From Marsupella aquatica (lineage: Eukaryota > Plantae > Marchantiophyta), in the NCBI GenBank assembly GCA_973895155.1, contig OZ316893.1, forward strand, positions 17,366,770 to 17,430,769: 64,000 bases of DNA, given 5' to 3'. The translations under genes and the position numbers were made by a program. The notes beneath the pieces were generated by a model, which saw only the letters and a program-made list of their open reading frames with translations, did no database searches and was not told the origin of the DNA. Positions 25,529 through 38,888 of the stretch are shown one piece after another (the first letter of the stretch is position 1; each line of letters starts with the position of its first letter).

Positions 25529-28500
25529 TCACTGCAGACTAACACACTCTGATGGCCAGAGCACAAGAGATCTTACTGCATCTGCAATTATTTCCTGAGG
25601 TGGATCATCGTCTCTATTTGGAAATGACAAATTACAATCAGATACAATCACTGTACTCAACAACACTACTACATGGTCATCCGGGACCACTTTGCCATGG
25701 AATTTAGCATGATCCGGTCGCAAAATGCCTGTACCCACACATACTTGTGAGTCATCCTCCCATGATAGAAGATTATGGACTGGCTCTACTGTGGCTATCA
25801 CCTTCACCTTACCCTGGCTATTTTTCTTGGCTTTCCTGGGTGGCTTATACATGACATTATTCATACCTTGGTTGCGAGTCATGACTTTGGCACGAGTGTT
25901 TTGTGCTAGTGATCAAGAATTGGCTACACTCTTCTTCAAAGAATCTGCATCCATATTTGACACTTCCGATTGTGTAGCAGGATTTCCCTGCAACATCATC
26001 TCAGTATCTGCCAACATTGTACTTGCTTCAATTGAAGCATCTACAATCTTACTTGCATCCAATGTTGCTCCCAAGTTTTGACGTCGCTTCACCCTGCTCC
26101 CACTTGGTTGAGAGTCTGTCAACTCTGCATCAACTACAATTCAGTGTCATATCCAACATAAGTCAATCACTCATCACATGTGCTAAATGTACATGTCACC
26201 AACCACAAAGTTGTCACTATCTCCTTACCATTATGAACAGCCTTCTTCCCCTTCTTTGCCATTGCCATATCCTCCATGTCTGCTTCTGTTGATCAATTTA
26301 CACACCACAATATTCAGGTTGAATCTATTAACCACTGAATTGTTTCTCAACATTCATATAGAGGAATTTAAAGCATCAGCTTACCTAATACCTCCTTGGC
26401 TATGGTCACTGAGGCACTGGGCACATCTTTTTCATTATTTCTCTTTGAATCACCTGATAATTCAATCATGATGTCACTTCAGATCCCAGTTGATCCAACC
26501 AGTTCTTACAGAAAAGATTACCTCCAACCTGCTTAAGCTTCACAAACTCCATGCACTTTTCAAATGATTCATACTGGATCATAGCAGGTTACCTGTCTCA
26601 GCAACCTTCTTGCCCTTCTGCTTACTGATTACAGGGTCCTTCTCTGCCTCCACTCTTCCTACATTCAAACCATTCACTCAATTCATGAAAACTTAGTTCT
26701 AACATTTGAACATAGGACACAATGAACAATGGGCCGGTGTCATTTCCATACATGTGTCAGATTTGCCAATTCCCTTTTATGTTAACAAGGGCACACTTTG
26801 TACAATGTTGCCCTCATTGTTTGGTTGGGAACCACCCAATTTTTCAATTACAAGCTTGAAATTAGATTCCACTGATGCAAGAAGGTTCGCTACAGATGCC
26901 TCCACAATATCCAAACGATCAGCCAATTTGTTTCCACTCGAGGGAGTCCACACTCTAATGACTTCAACCGTTCATACATCTCTATGAGAGTTGTAACAGT
27001 TCCCTGTCATAACACAGCTTACGTATCTCAGATAACTGTCCCCAAGAACTGGTTGCTTACTTCGTACTACATTTCTTTCTGATGCTCAAGGCCAAATAGT
27101 CACAGAACATACAAAATTACAACATAATCACCGGTTTGGAAGTCACACTTGTCACCTCACTCCTTTGTTTCATGATCGAACTCCTCTCTCACTTCTTGTG
27201 CTGATGGTTCTTCACCTGTCAATTTCTTCTGCAGTCCACATCAACATACATATGCATGAAACCAAGTGTTGATTGTCAATGAAAATGTAATAATGGTAGC
27301 AAGATGATAAGTTTGAGGCTTACTATCAGGCATGTCACTGCCTTACCAATTGTTCTTTCACTGGAGCATAACTTCCTCTCCCAGCCTGTGAAAGGTGTTT
27401 CACTTTGCCTCGAGCATTTGACATCACTTCACTCTTGCTCTGTCCAACCTCCGACATGAACCCTTTGATTAACCGTGTCCATTGATCCAGTTCCAATGAT
27501 GGGGGTGGTGACATTCTCCTGTTAGAACCATTGTCTATCCACATCCTTTTCAACCTATGCCTCTCTTGTTTCAAAATCCTCATTGCATAATCTGATATGC
27601 AATCTTCAACTGGGCCCTTACCATCATTACCAACATAGTCCCACCGTTCAAGAATGTCCTTGCAGATAGCAGCCCAATCAGCTTTGTTCTGACTCCTAAG
27701 CTCTGTAATGCTCAAATCTAACCAACGCAATACTTCTCCTCTTAGGTCAGAATGCCAACGGTTCTTACCATCACATGTGGGAGTTATCCAACCATCGGAA
27801 TTCACTTCTATTTTTTACCAAATTTGTTACTGTCTCCTGCCTTGGTACTCCCTGAAGTGCTACTAGGTGTCCCTCCACGGCCTGGTGTCCCCCCACGGCC
27901 TGGGGTCCCTCCACGGCCTGATCTCCCCCCATGGCCTGGATTGCATTGTCCAAACCTCCCTGGAGTCCCTGCACATTTACAGGATCCATTAGGTAAGTAT
28001 GAAGCATAAATTTTGCTGCCAAATATACACTGGACTTCAGAGCAATTCTGCAATGACCAAGTTACCTCTCCCTTGGCGCATAGATGGTTCTGGACCACCT
28101 GTCCAATTGCTTTGTCTTGATGAATTAGCGTCGTTTCTCCTGCCTATGAATGATTGCCTCCTATCTGAACATGGATGGCCTTTGTTGTTTTTGTGATTGT
28201 CCCAATCAGAGTCTACATAACAACAGGTACATGCCACACTGATGGACCTGTAAGATAAACTCTTTGCCATAGCTAGACATCAGATAAGTCCATATTGAGC
28301 TAAATCTCTACTACCATCACAAAATCACTAGCACAAGGCACTTACTTGTCCAATCATCCTCCTCACCTTTCCATTGCCCTCTGTACCCAACTCTACCACG
28401 CTCTGGGTGTTCATATTCATCCCATCCATCTTCTGCTCCATCATAGTCATCATCATAATCATCAGGCGTCCCTTGCCAATAACTCTGGCTCCTTCTAGGG

Positions 28501-28700
28501 TATGGATTATGTGATTTCTCTCTAGCTGCCCACCTACCTGGCACTTGATGAGGGCCCTGTGCATCCTGCACAGGTGCATTTTTCTGTGAGCCCCCTGCAT
28601 CTGGATCTCCATCCATATCCAATCTTTCCTCTTCACCCCACTCTCCAAGCCCCATGTCTGTCTCCATGTCATCACCCTCTTCCCCCATAGCTTCTGCACA
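25529..28700 (-). pseudogene. CACTA second gene (TnpA/Ptta-like, multi-exon)
   Basis: 27335-27805 WTRLIKGFMS..SEVMSNARGKVKHLSQAGRGSYA (Transposase_24-like); 25529-25882 FHGKVVPDDHVVV..LSFP..IADAVRSLVLWP (Tnp1/En/Spm C-terminal-like); acidic and GRGG-repeat exons 27800-28700. Confidence 0.8.
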
Positions 28701-28865
28701 GCACCCACAACCAAATAGGGAGAATCAGCACACTAGATTCAAAGTATCAATCAATTTCATGCATATCCAACTATCCTAAACATCATTCCAGGCAGCAATT
28801 CCCGTTCTGTGACTCTGTGCAGGTAGTCATCCTCAACCTCATACTTGCCAATCGCCAGCTGTTGC

Positions 28866-31800
28866 CTATTGCACATCATCAACCTCATCATATTCCATCT
28901 CCCCAGGTTCATCATATGTCTCTCTCAATGTTAACGGGATGAAGTCGGTCCTTGCCCGAGTTGGAACTACAGTCTCCTGACTAGGATGCTCGAATGCAAC
29001 ATGGTCGTCCAAACTGAACTCTACTTTACTTCCATCCATCCGCCTGTTCCGTGCTTGGCTATGGCATACCACCCTCCAGTCATGTGACCCCTCCACATCT
29101 AGAAAGAAAGCCTGTTCAACTTGGCTAGGGAAAACAAAAGGCTCAGACCATTCTGGTACTCTGGACCTAAAATTGGCCAACAAGAACCCATCAGGATCAC
29201 GCTTCATGGTGGCCCTTGGCCACTGCCATTCTGATTTCACCCATGCTCCCTTCATCAATATTACAGGGACACTTGTGTTACCATAATTCAAGACCCAAAT
29301 GTCTGTCAACTCCCCCACGTAACCCATCTTCATCCACCCCCTCTGTTCTTCAGAGGTTCTCTGCTCAAACACAAATATCAAACCACAATCATATGATACA
29401 CAATGGTCACCCTGCTCATCCCTCACTCGATAATGATTTCCATAAGCTCTCATCCGTTTGTAGGTCAGAATAGACAATCGTGGTGGCACAGATAGAAGAT
29501 ACAAATCCTTCTCCATATTTGGGTGATGTCTACTATGCTCTCGAATTGCCACCCGAATCCACTGCTCGAACTATGGGAAGGGATCCTGCTGCCCAGAGTG
29601 TGCAGTTTTTTGCATATCATATTCCCTGCAATATGAGGTATAGGCATAGTTAGGTCTAAACAACACATGACAACCTAAGATCACCCTTGGAATAGACAAG
29701 AAGCATCACAACAAAGGCAAGTCAATTCAATCACTCACCTCCACCATGGTTGCATAGGCTCTGTGTTTGCCAGCACATATGAATGAGCCTTGTCTCGAAT
29801 CGCAATAGACAGTTGCACAGCACATCCCACACCTTCAACAACCTCGCCACTCACTCCATCATCTTCACCAGATTTCCAAACTCTTGTCATAGCTTCACCA
29901 GACCCAGCCATGTACTCTGTTAGGAACCCCAACGTCTCATCCTTAATGTACCCCAATGCCATGGAAGCCTCTGGCCTGTAGTATGTTCTCACATGACCTT
30001 TCAACAACTTCATGTATCGCTCCATAGGGTACATCCATCTCGTACTGACTGGCCCATACTGCCGTAGCTCTTCTACCACATGGATTAGGAGATGAGTCAT
30101 AACATCAAAGAAAGCAGGGGGAAGTATATCTCCAAGTCACAGAGGACATAAGCAACATCATGCTTCAACTGCTCCAATCCTTGGGGATCCCACACTTTCA
30201 CACATATACGGCGAAATACATTGCACAGTCGAATAATGACATTACGGACTGGTTTTTGCACGAGACCTCTGAGGCATAGGGGCAAAATGTGCTGCATCAA
30301 CACATGGTAGTCATGTGTTTTCATACTGCCAAGTTTATTCTTTGTAATATGCTTCTTGAAGGCACCAGCATAGCCAGAGGGCACTTTCAGACAGCTCAAT
30401 CTATACAAGAATGTCTTCCATTCTTCCTGTGTGCACACATAGGGAGCTTGGACTTGAGAAGTACATTGGGATTGCTTGCATGGGGCTTCAACCAAAGGTG
30501 AGGGTGAATCCCCTTCTGTTGCATATCAGCTCAAACTGCTCCTGTATCTTTCTCACCCGACAAGAACTTCAGCAAGCTCTCACAAATATTTTTCTCAATG
30601 TGCATGACGTCCACATTGTGTTTGCTGGGCTCGAATTCCTGCACTCCACAAAGCAAAGAATTCAACAACAGAAACACTAATTAACCAAATAGGAGGATTG
30701 TAACCAACATCAATCCACCATTGCTCCAATCTAAAATGTAGATCATACAGGGGCTGAAGGCTAAGTACATTACCCTCCAGTACTTCAACTCCAAGTCCAT
30801 CAAGGTCTGTCTTTTCACATCGTGTTTCACCACTGGATCCTCAGGTTCTCGATCATGGCACTACTCTTGTCCCAATCAGCCTTCCTGGCTGCCCACCTCA
30901 GGACTTGCTCTCTGGTGACCCTCTGTGGTGGGCCACGAAGCTCTGTTTTGTTGTTGAAGTGTGCAATTTGAGACCGTGTGTGCCTGTAAGGATGATTAGC
31001 AAGCAGATACCTTCTATGCCCCTGAAATTTCATACTGTGTAGGGCATGTGACCACTCACTTGTCACATTTTTCCCACATGGTGTGCACCCCACATAGCCC
31101 TTTGTCACTCGTCCAGATATGATGCCATGGCCTGGGTAATCTGCTATATCCAGCAAACAAATTGCATGGAGTCTAAAGGGGCTGGGTCGAAGAAGCCCCT
31201 TCAGAACATCATGGGTTAACACCCCTTCTATCCACAAAGTCTTCCACTCTTCCACTGCTGGAGCCAACATGATATCTATGAATTGCTCGGTCACAGAAGC
31301 TGGTCCAGGGATTAGCAGCACCATCATCACAAAAAACCTCTTTGTAGTCATCCATGGGGGAAGGTTGTAATTTAGCAGCGTAATTGGCCAACATGAATAA
31401 CGGTTGTTTTTGTCTCCAAATGGGTTTACTCCATCCAGTGATAGACCAAATTGAAAGTTCCGCTTCTCTACAGCAAACTATGGCCACCTCTCATCAACAA
31501 ATTTCCAATGGTTGGAATCTCCAATGTGACGCTGCAGGCCATCACTGCTGTTGTTATCAGAAGTCCATGTCATCAGCTTGGAAATGGTAGGGCATCTAAA
31601 CAGACGTTGTAGTCTAGGAATGAGAGGAAAATGATGAAGAACCTTGGCAGGGTGTGTACATTTCCCTACATTCTTGTACTTGTGCTTACCACAATGAGGG
31701 CATGTCAATTTATCTGCATGCTCTTTGCGAAAGAGAACACACCCATCAGGGCATGCGTCAATAGACACATAGTTCAGCCCAAGGTTAGACATCAATTTCC

Positions 31801-32575
31801 TAGCCTCGTACATATTTTTTGGAATTAAATTACCATCTGGTAACACATTTCGGCACAGGAAGGTCAACAACTCTGTCACAAATATATTGGGAACATTGTG
31901 ATTGCCACAGATGTTCAACAACAACACAACAAAACCCAACTTGGAGCAGTTTGACCCCTCGTAGATAGGAATGCAAGCTTCTTTGATGTGTTTTGGGCCC
32001 CCAAACACCCACTCCCTCTCTGCTGCACCTTCCCCGATGTCAAAGTCAGGTTCAGGTGGGCCTACTCCAATGTGTGGTTGCGGTTCATTGTCCTTTTCTG
32101 ATTCCACTGTGTCGTAATAAGCATCAAGGTCTTCAAAAATCTCTTGAACCATTCTTGGGACATCCATCCCACCGTCCTCAGTGACTGCCTCTGCATCTCC
32201 ATCTTGGTCATCCACGTTCTCATGTTGTACCCCAGGACCATCCTCTGCACCGTCTATGTCCTGCTCTACGTAGTCTCTACGCCTAGCTGTATTAGAATCC
32301 ACAAAGTCAGCTCTCCACTCTTCATCAGAGGAGTCTTCTTCTGCTGGTACATTCCAAACCCTCCACCTAGGGTGCCTTTCATGCCGCAGCAGGTGAAGGT
32401 GCACAGTGTTCAAACTCAACGACTTGAATCCTTGGCACTGTGTGCATGGGCATCTCATCCTCCTACTCCTACCTTGGGCGGCCCAGGCTTGTTCACGCAT
32501 CCACAATTTAGAATCATGATGCCTAATCCTAAATGGGTTGTGAAGAGGCAACCTTGGAGCCATCACTATACACAC
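28866..32575 (-). pseudogene. CACTA TnpD transposase (Transpos_assoc, Transposase_21, DUF4218, DUF4216)
   Basis: RCPCTQC; IDACPDGC; LSLDGVNPFG..YNLPPW; DYPG..CTPC; DVMHIEKN; MKTHDYH; RWMYPMERYM; EPFVFPSQVEQAFF; in-frame TAG at 31478-31480, further frameshifts and introns. Confidence 0.95.
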
Positions 32576-32774
32576 GCACTTAGCGCTTTGTCATTTTATT
32601 ATGCGAGTGAAAAATACACTCCCTGTTAAGGATTTCACCCCTGACTATACTTGCCAAAAGACGTAGCATAGCATTCCAAAAAAACAAAAAAACAAAAAAT
32701 ATAGGTGCCAGAGTCATGTACCTATTCTCAAGTGAATGAGACAAAATTCCTAAATGTTTGAGGGTGTCAACTCC

Positions 32775-35700
32775 TGTCGCACCCCTACCCTGGGCCTTAA
32801 ATCCGGGTTAGTGTCGTGGTGCGACCTCGACCACCAGTAGGGGTGAGGGTTCGGGCAAGGAGGTGTGTAGTGACCTTCAATAGCCCTAAGTCGGGCTAAG
32901 CCGCTATACTTACTGGTATAACACTCGCATAATTCGTACTTGTCATAGGTATATTTATTTTCCACCGCTGGAATTTTCCCTCAGTTAGTGACGCGGACTA
33001 ACTCCCGACTTGGGGCTTTTCAAGCCATCGACGTGACAGGACCTTGTGACATGCAATGAGTGGCAATCCCTACCATTAGTCCGCACCCGGTACGTCCCTT
33101 AAAATGGCGCCTTTGCCCGGACAAAGCATACACACAACACCAGTTACTCTCAGAAACATTAAGGGGAAAAGACTACATTTACTCAGCGAAGCATCAGCTT
33201 ACATGGTTGACTCGACTTCAAAGGGGGTCAGCAGGCCCAACGGCAGTCGATGCCCAGTCTCTACGAGGCCCTGCCTCGCACTTGCCCAGCAAGCTTGACT
33301 CTGGCTCTCACTCCTTGGTACACGCTGACCCTACTCAGGCCGGGACTCCCCGTGCCTCGCCTTTCTTCTACTGAGATAACTAAGCCTTCTCCCCCTTCCC
33401 ATCGCGGAAGGGGAAGCCTAAATACTACCATAGCGGAAGAGAACCAGAGGATACTACCTTCCGGGGTACTACCTACTGACTAACTAACTGCTGACTACCG
33501 GTCGCGCTGCACTGACTGGTTGACCGTCGACTACGAGTGTGCCAACCGGAATGGCAGCGGCCAAGCCTACTGACAAACTCTAGTCCGTTGATGGACTCAA
33601 TCCTACGTTGGCTGATCCTAACTGACCGGCCCTAATTCTTCCTACTGCCGCTAATCGACGCCTAATGACAGTCATTCTGTCGTTACGCCTAACTAAAAGA
33701 TGCCGCTGACTTAACCGCCTTGCGTGGCGCCTGCTTCTACCCTTCGCTAACTACCCCTTACGTGTGTGCAGTGGTTGGACCAGGGCTGGTCCCCTTGTCG
33801 GGGCGAGACCTCGAGCCGCCTTGATCAGAGGTGGGCCCAGGTTTTCCCCGCTGGAGGACGAGCAGGGTGACGCGGTCCTGCAAAGCCTTGTTGTCCCGTA
33901 ATGCTTCCTCCGCCTCGTTTGCAGCTTCATCGGCTTCGGTCTGGAGCCGCGCCACCTCCAAGTTGAGCTGGTCGATGGCGTCGCGATGGACCTGGTCCTG
34001 CGCTAGCAATTTATCTCGTTCGGCGGAGAGACTAGCCACCTGCTGTGCTGCCTGCAGGAATTGTTTGTTGAGGTCGGTCAGGCTGGTAACCCGAGCCGAA
34101 GATTCTGAGTGTAATTGAAGCACGGTGTCGTCCAGCTTCTTGAGTTCGGCCTGCGCTCCGCTTAACTCCTAGGTTAGTCTGTCCCTCTGTTCGACAGTGC
34201 GGACTAAATCCTCGCGGCGGGTCGTTGCCTCCTCCTCGAGGTGCTCTACCAGCATCTGGAGACGCCCGATCTCATTCCCCTTCGCCATGAGTTCTTCTTC
34301 CAAGCGGCTGACGATCCGTGGTTGGTGCTCTAACATGAAGAAGGCTGGCTGAAAGTACGCCGAGACTTGTTGTCCGATGTATGTTGCCAACTCCCCAGAC
34401 ATAGTCTGGCTAAACTTCTGGACCAGGTCGTAGGCCATGGTCCCCAGGGCTACTTGGTAGTCCTCCATCCTCTCGGGTACCGGTGGTTCCTCGGCAGGGG
34501 CAATGAGCTCCTCCGTAGTCAGCGCTGGGGAGGGGAAGGTTTCTTCAGGTGGTGGAGGGATTGGGGGTGGTTGTACTGCAGGTAGCGGAGGCTCAACGGA
34601 AGGAGGCGGTGGAATTTCCATAGGGGGCGGTTGCGGAGTATTAGTCGGGGCTTCCGGCTCGAGGTTTGTCCGAGGGACAGTAGTCCGCGTAGTCGGGGTT
34701 GCCTCTGGGGCGGGGGTGACATTACCCGGGGCTGAGGTGGCCGTATTCTTTCCTCTGGCCTCCCGCCGTGCCTTGTACCAGGCGAGGATAATGGCGATAT
34801 GACTCCCCAAGTAAGTCTTCCCTCCAATAGCCATACCACCCTGAGCCCGCTTTAGCTCCCCCGAGAATCTTCGGTAGAAGAATTGGGCCCAGTTTCGTCG
34901 TTTGTACTGTTCCACCTGCACTATCGTGCAGAGGGAAATCTCGGATCGTGGCTCAATCATGTGTAGGGTAGTCCGTATGAAGTTAAGCCGCTCCATACAG
35001 GTTAAGTTGGTGCACGCCCCCTGCTTGTATCCGTTGTCCGTCTTACCCTCGGGTTTGAAGTGCCGCGGCGTATACTCCTTATCCCAAATTCGGATTTCCA
35101 CCGGCACCGGCCCGGTTGGTAGGCCAAAAATTTGCGTTAACCGATGCTCCGTGAGTGATAAGGTCTGCCCCGAAACCTTGGTGGTTGACGCATCAGTATC
35201 GAAATTGGAGATGAACTCACAAATCTCCTTCGGCCCGACGGCGCACGGCCTCCATAGTAAGTGGGCGAACTGCTCCAACTGATGCTCCTTGAGATAGTCC
35301 GCATGTTTGAGTTTCTTGATCGCGATCCAGACTACCTCGGGGACGCGGATTACCTGTAATAAGTTGGACTTCGGGTTATCCGGGGGCCGTCGGGTCTGGT
35401 TGGTCGGGGGGTTTGCCGGGGCAGGTGCAGGCGCGGCGTCGGTCCGTGTTGATTCGGGGGCCGTCGTAGTCCTTGACCGCTTATGAGGACGCTGTTCGAG
35501 TTGCGAACTAGCTCGCTCGGAACCCGAAGAACACTCCGCGTTGATTACTGGACGGACTTGGGACTGGTTTGGCGGTACTCCGGTGGTCATCGGTTGAGGC
35601 GCTGGGGTAGCCATATCCCAGTTGAAGGCGTTGGAGCTTTCCCCGAGGAACGTGAGATTACGCGCTGCTTCCCGTTGTCTGCTGATATCTTCTTGGCGCT

Positions 35701-36609
35701 TTTCGGCTGTGATCTGCTGGTCTAGGTACCCCGGAATCTTGTCGAACTTTGCTTGAGTAAGCTGCTGGTTGCCCTTCAGCTTAAAGAACTTAGCTGGAAC
35801 CTCAAGAATCGCCTCTGCTACCGATCTAAGCCCTTCCTCGCTGAGATATAGTTCGGTGATGTAGTCTCGCAGCTCGTTATAGCTAGAATCCCTGGTGATG
35901 GCTGTCCTTTCGCAATTAACCAGTGCTACCTTGGTTACCAGCTTCGCGTACCTTCGTTCGTAAGCGGCTTTCTCGGGGCAAGAGTACCAGTAAGTCTCGG
36001 AGAACTTAGCACCTACCTCGCCAAACAAGGTCCAAAATCCCAAGGCTGTGAGGGTCATACTAACCTCGTAGTCCGGTTCATTGCGTCCACGTTCCCACCT
36101 GGCTGGTCCTTTCTCGCGGAGGCCTCGCTCGTCTTGACTAAATCTCGCCACATTCCGCTCTTCTCCCTCGATAATTTCCTCGTAAAGGTCGACTGGATTC
36201 AATCAAAAAGGCGAGCGGATGGCAGCGTCCGTGAATTCCAAAAAGGTAAATGTGAGCGAATGGCCCGCAGTGCCATCGGCTCCTCTCTTATGGGGGTGCC
36301 CGGACGAGCCCGAGCGTGAGAAGGTCAGGCCGTTTGGTCATTGATAACGAGCTGAAGTCGGTGTCTCGGTCCAAGCGTGATTCTTCTAACTGATTTTTAC
36401 TCCGCTGCCGCCACCGTACCTCGGTCGTGCGTAATAATCCCTTTCCTGAACTCGTAATTATTCGGTTATCTTAACCTACTCCTAATCTAATCATAATGGC
36501 AACTTGACGGCTATACGTGCTATTCTACGCTATGGCTACGGTCCTAATGACCGTATAAGTCCTAATCTACGACCTGGGTTCGGTCAAGTGACACGTTACC
36601 CGTGTCACA
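32775..36609. mobile_element. 3,835-bp solo-LTR-like insertion with 5-bp TSD
   Basis: Begins TGTCGCAC, ends GTGTCACA; TSD ACTCC at 32770-32774 and 36610-36614; no terminal direct repeats, no gag/pol. Confidence 0.88.
33758..36202 (-). pseudogene. ~815-codon gene inside the solo-LTR-like unit: plant-mobile/Transposase_32-like domain, Pro-rich linker, coiled coil
   Basis: ORFs 34169-36202 and 33758-34123 are in the same frame, separated by one TAG; ICEFISNFD..LTQIFGLPTG..DNGYKQGAC..RNWAQFF motif. Confidence 0.8.
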
Positions 36610-36614
36610 ACTCC

Positions 36615-37304
36615 TCCGCTGTCCCCACATGTACTGCCTCTGCACGTACATCCATGACCATATCAGAGTCCAATCATGTATAGTCATAGACACAGGTGCC
36701 AGGTGCGAGACCGGTGTGAGATGTCCTCATCTTACTACCACATCAAATACGGATACCAATCCTGTTGTCGATGCCACTCAGCCCTGAGGTACTCAGGCAT
36801 GTACATTAAGTCATCAAGGTCTAAACCCTGCTCATGCCATGGTGGTCTTCGATCCGTGCCTACAGGCAGTGGCAGCAGTGCCCTCCACGGTGCACATGTT
36901 GCTACCAAGTCCCTCCACTGGGTACTAATTAGTCTATATTTGCATATATCTTGTGCGCCAGACACCACAAGAACCCTCGGCCAGACATGTGTAAGAACTA
37001 TATCATCTGCCCAATCAGGCAACAAGGAACCACCTACAGCATCGTGCTTGTCTAACTCATTTGCTGAAAAGTAAATGTCCTCTTCGGACTGTGCATCCTC
37101 ATTCACCACAACATTCACAACACATCCAAGGTCTGTAGGCATTATCTCGGATGGAGCTACACTCTGTCTGGTTACCAATCCACACATGTAAGCCCAAGCA
37201 GTAGCCATGCACAATGCAACCCGTAGGAGGATCCTACATAGGGCCTGTCGGTCTGGAAGAGGCAGCATACCCACCAAAGTCTTCAGCCAAACAGAGCCCA
37301 GCAA
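36615..37304 (-). pseudogene. F-box domain cargo gene (last codons displaced to 32750-32774 by the insertion)
   Basis: LLPDWADDIVLTHVWPRV..ICKYRLISTQWRDLV..W is an F-box pattern; downstream frame reads ..VHVGTAEE/LTPSNI* across the ACTCC target site. Confidence 0.7.
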
Positions 37305-37499
37305 GTAGATTCACAGTCACACCCCACGCAGCAGGAAACAACAATCACTTCAACTGCGACCAACCATGACAAGATGAGTTAGTTCAAGGATCACATTTAT
37401 TACAAAATTGTGATTTATACAAAAATATGAGGGACTCCTACTCCCCACTCTCTCCCACCATTGCTAAGCATACATCTCTGTTGAATCTTGGAGGGCCAG

Positions 37500-38306
37500 G
37501 CCTCAAAAATATCAAAGTCCCAAGAATTCTGTCACTTCCCTCTCGCTACTGATTCCAGAAGCCAATCAGGGGAATGCACCCAAAGATTGTTGTTCATGAC
37601 AAAATGACGCACTATTGTCTTAAAGAATTTTCTGCATATTTTCATGTATGACAGACCTACAACATGAGTGGAGGTTTCTGTTAGACTCTCCTCCACTGTC
37701 CCACCTAGCTCAACAACTGTGGACTTGTACAGTCTGCACTTAGTCTCCCCAATTCCCTCTTCTGCAAATACCACACTGAACCCCTTCATAATGGTATTTC
37801 TCTCCTTGCCATGCTCATTCAATATAGCATCTGCACGCATAGGATGGTGTCCTATGTTGACAACAGGTCCATATTGGACAAGCAAAGTTGGGTTTCTCTG
37901 CCGCTGCTTCATAGGCTTCCTTTTCAGCCAAAGCCTCTATAGTGGCCTCCTCACTCTCCCACAACTCATATTGCTCAGTACTCTGTACACACCTATGATT
38001 AACAGAATCAGTCAGCCAAGAGACTTCAACTACTTTTAGACCTTGGTTGGTAATGGCAAAATCAATGAAGGACCATGACCACTTGTTCATCACATCCAGC
38101 CATGTCCCCGCAACAACATGTGTAGTCTGTGGAGTGATGTCCTTGACTTCAGTCCCATGGAACTCTGAGAATTGTTTTTGTACGATTGGCCAACTCACTT
38201 GGGTGAACCCATAGTGGCCAGGAATCAAAATGGCTTTGATTCCAGCCAACAGAGGCGGGTGGTCAACCTTTGTACGTTTCCTAGAGGTCATGTACACATG
38301 GGCCAC
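37500..38306 (-). pseudogene. Tandem BRCT-domain cargo gene
   Basis: BRCT1 LLAGIKAIL..HGTEV..TTHVVA..VVEVSWLTDSV..EQYEL; BRCT2 MKGFSVVF..ELGGTVEESLTETSTHVVG..VHSPDWLLESV; frameshift between ORFs 37815-38306 and 37532-37912. Confidence 0.88.
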
Positions 38307-38888
38307 CTAATCACTGCAGACCGGAAGATAATGCGTTCACCTGATAATTGGAGGGCCCTTAAAATGTTGCGTTTATAACTTGGTCCAGTCCAGTCGTCTG
38401 GTGAGTCTCTGCTCCGATTCCAAACGGGAGAAATATTGGGACAAACGTACTAGACACCTGCAAGGATGCACCTCATAGTTTGAATATGTGCCTTCACAAT
38501 ATTGAAGGTGACAAGTGAAATTGTTTTGTGATGCCACATACAGATGTTGTAAATGGGCAGACATTCAATGAGAATACAAAATGTTGGTACACTTTAAGGG
38601 AATTCTCGCAAATTAAATAGCCTGTAACTTATATGCTCATAATGAGAAGTCCTGATTTAATTTAAGCAGTGTCATGTAAGTTGTGATCAAAATGATTGCA
38701 GAGTTAAAAAAGTTCCTAGAAGGCTTAAGGGGAGTTTTTGAAGGCATGTACCCAGGAACAAGTAATGAACTTAGGGAACTTGTTGCCTAAGCATCCTCTC
38801 CTACAGAGGTCCTTCTTCTCAAAATTGGAATGTCTGCAATCTCCAAGGTATCCACATCAGGTGCACTATGCATGTATAGTATTCAGGT

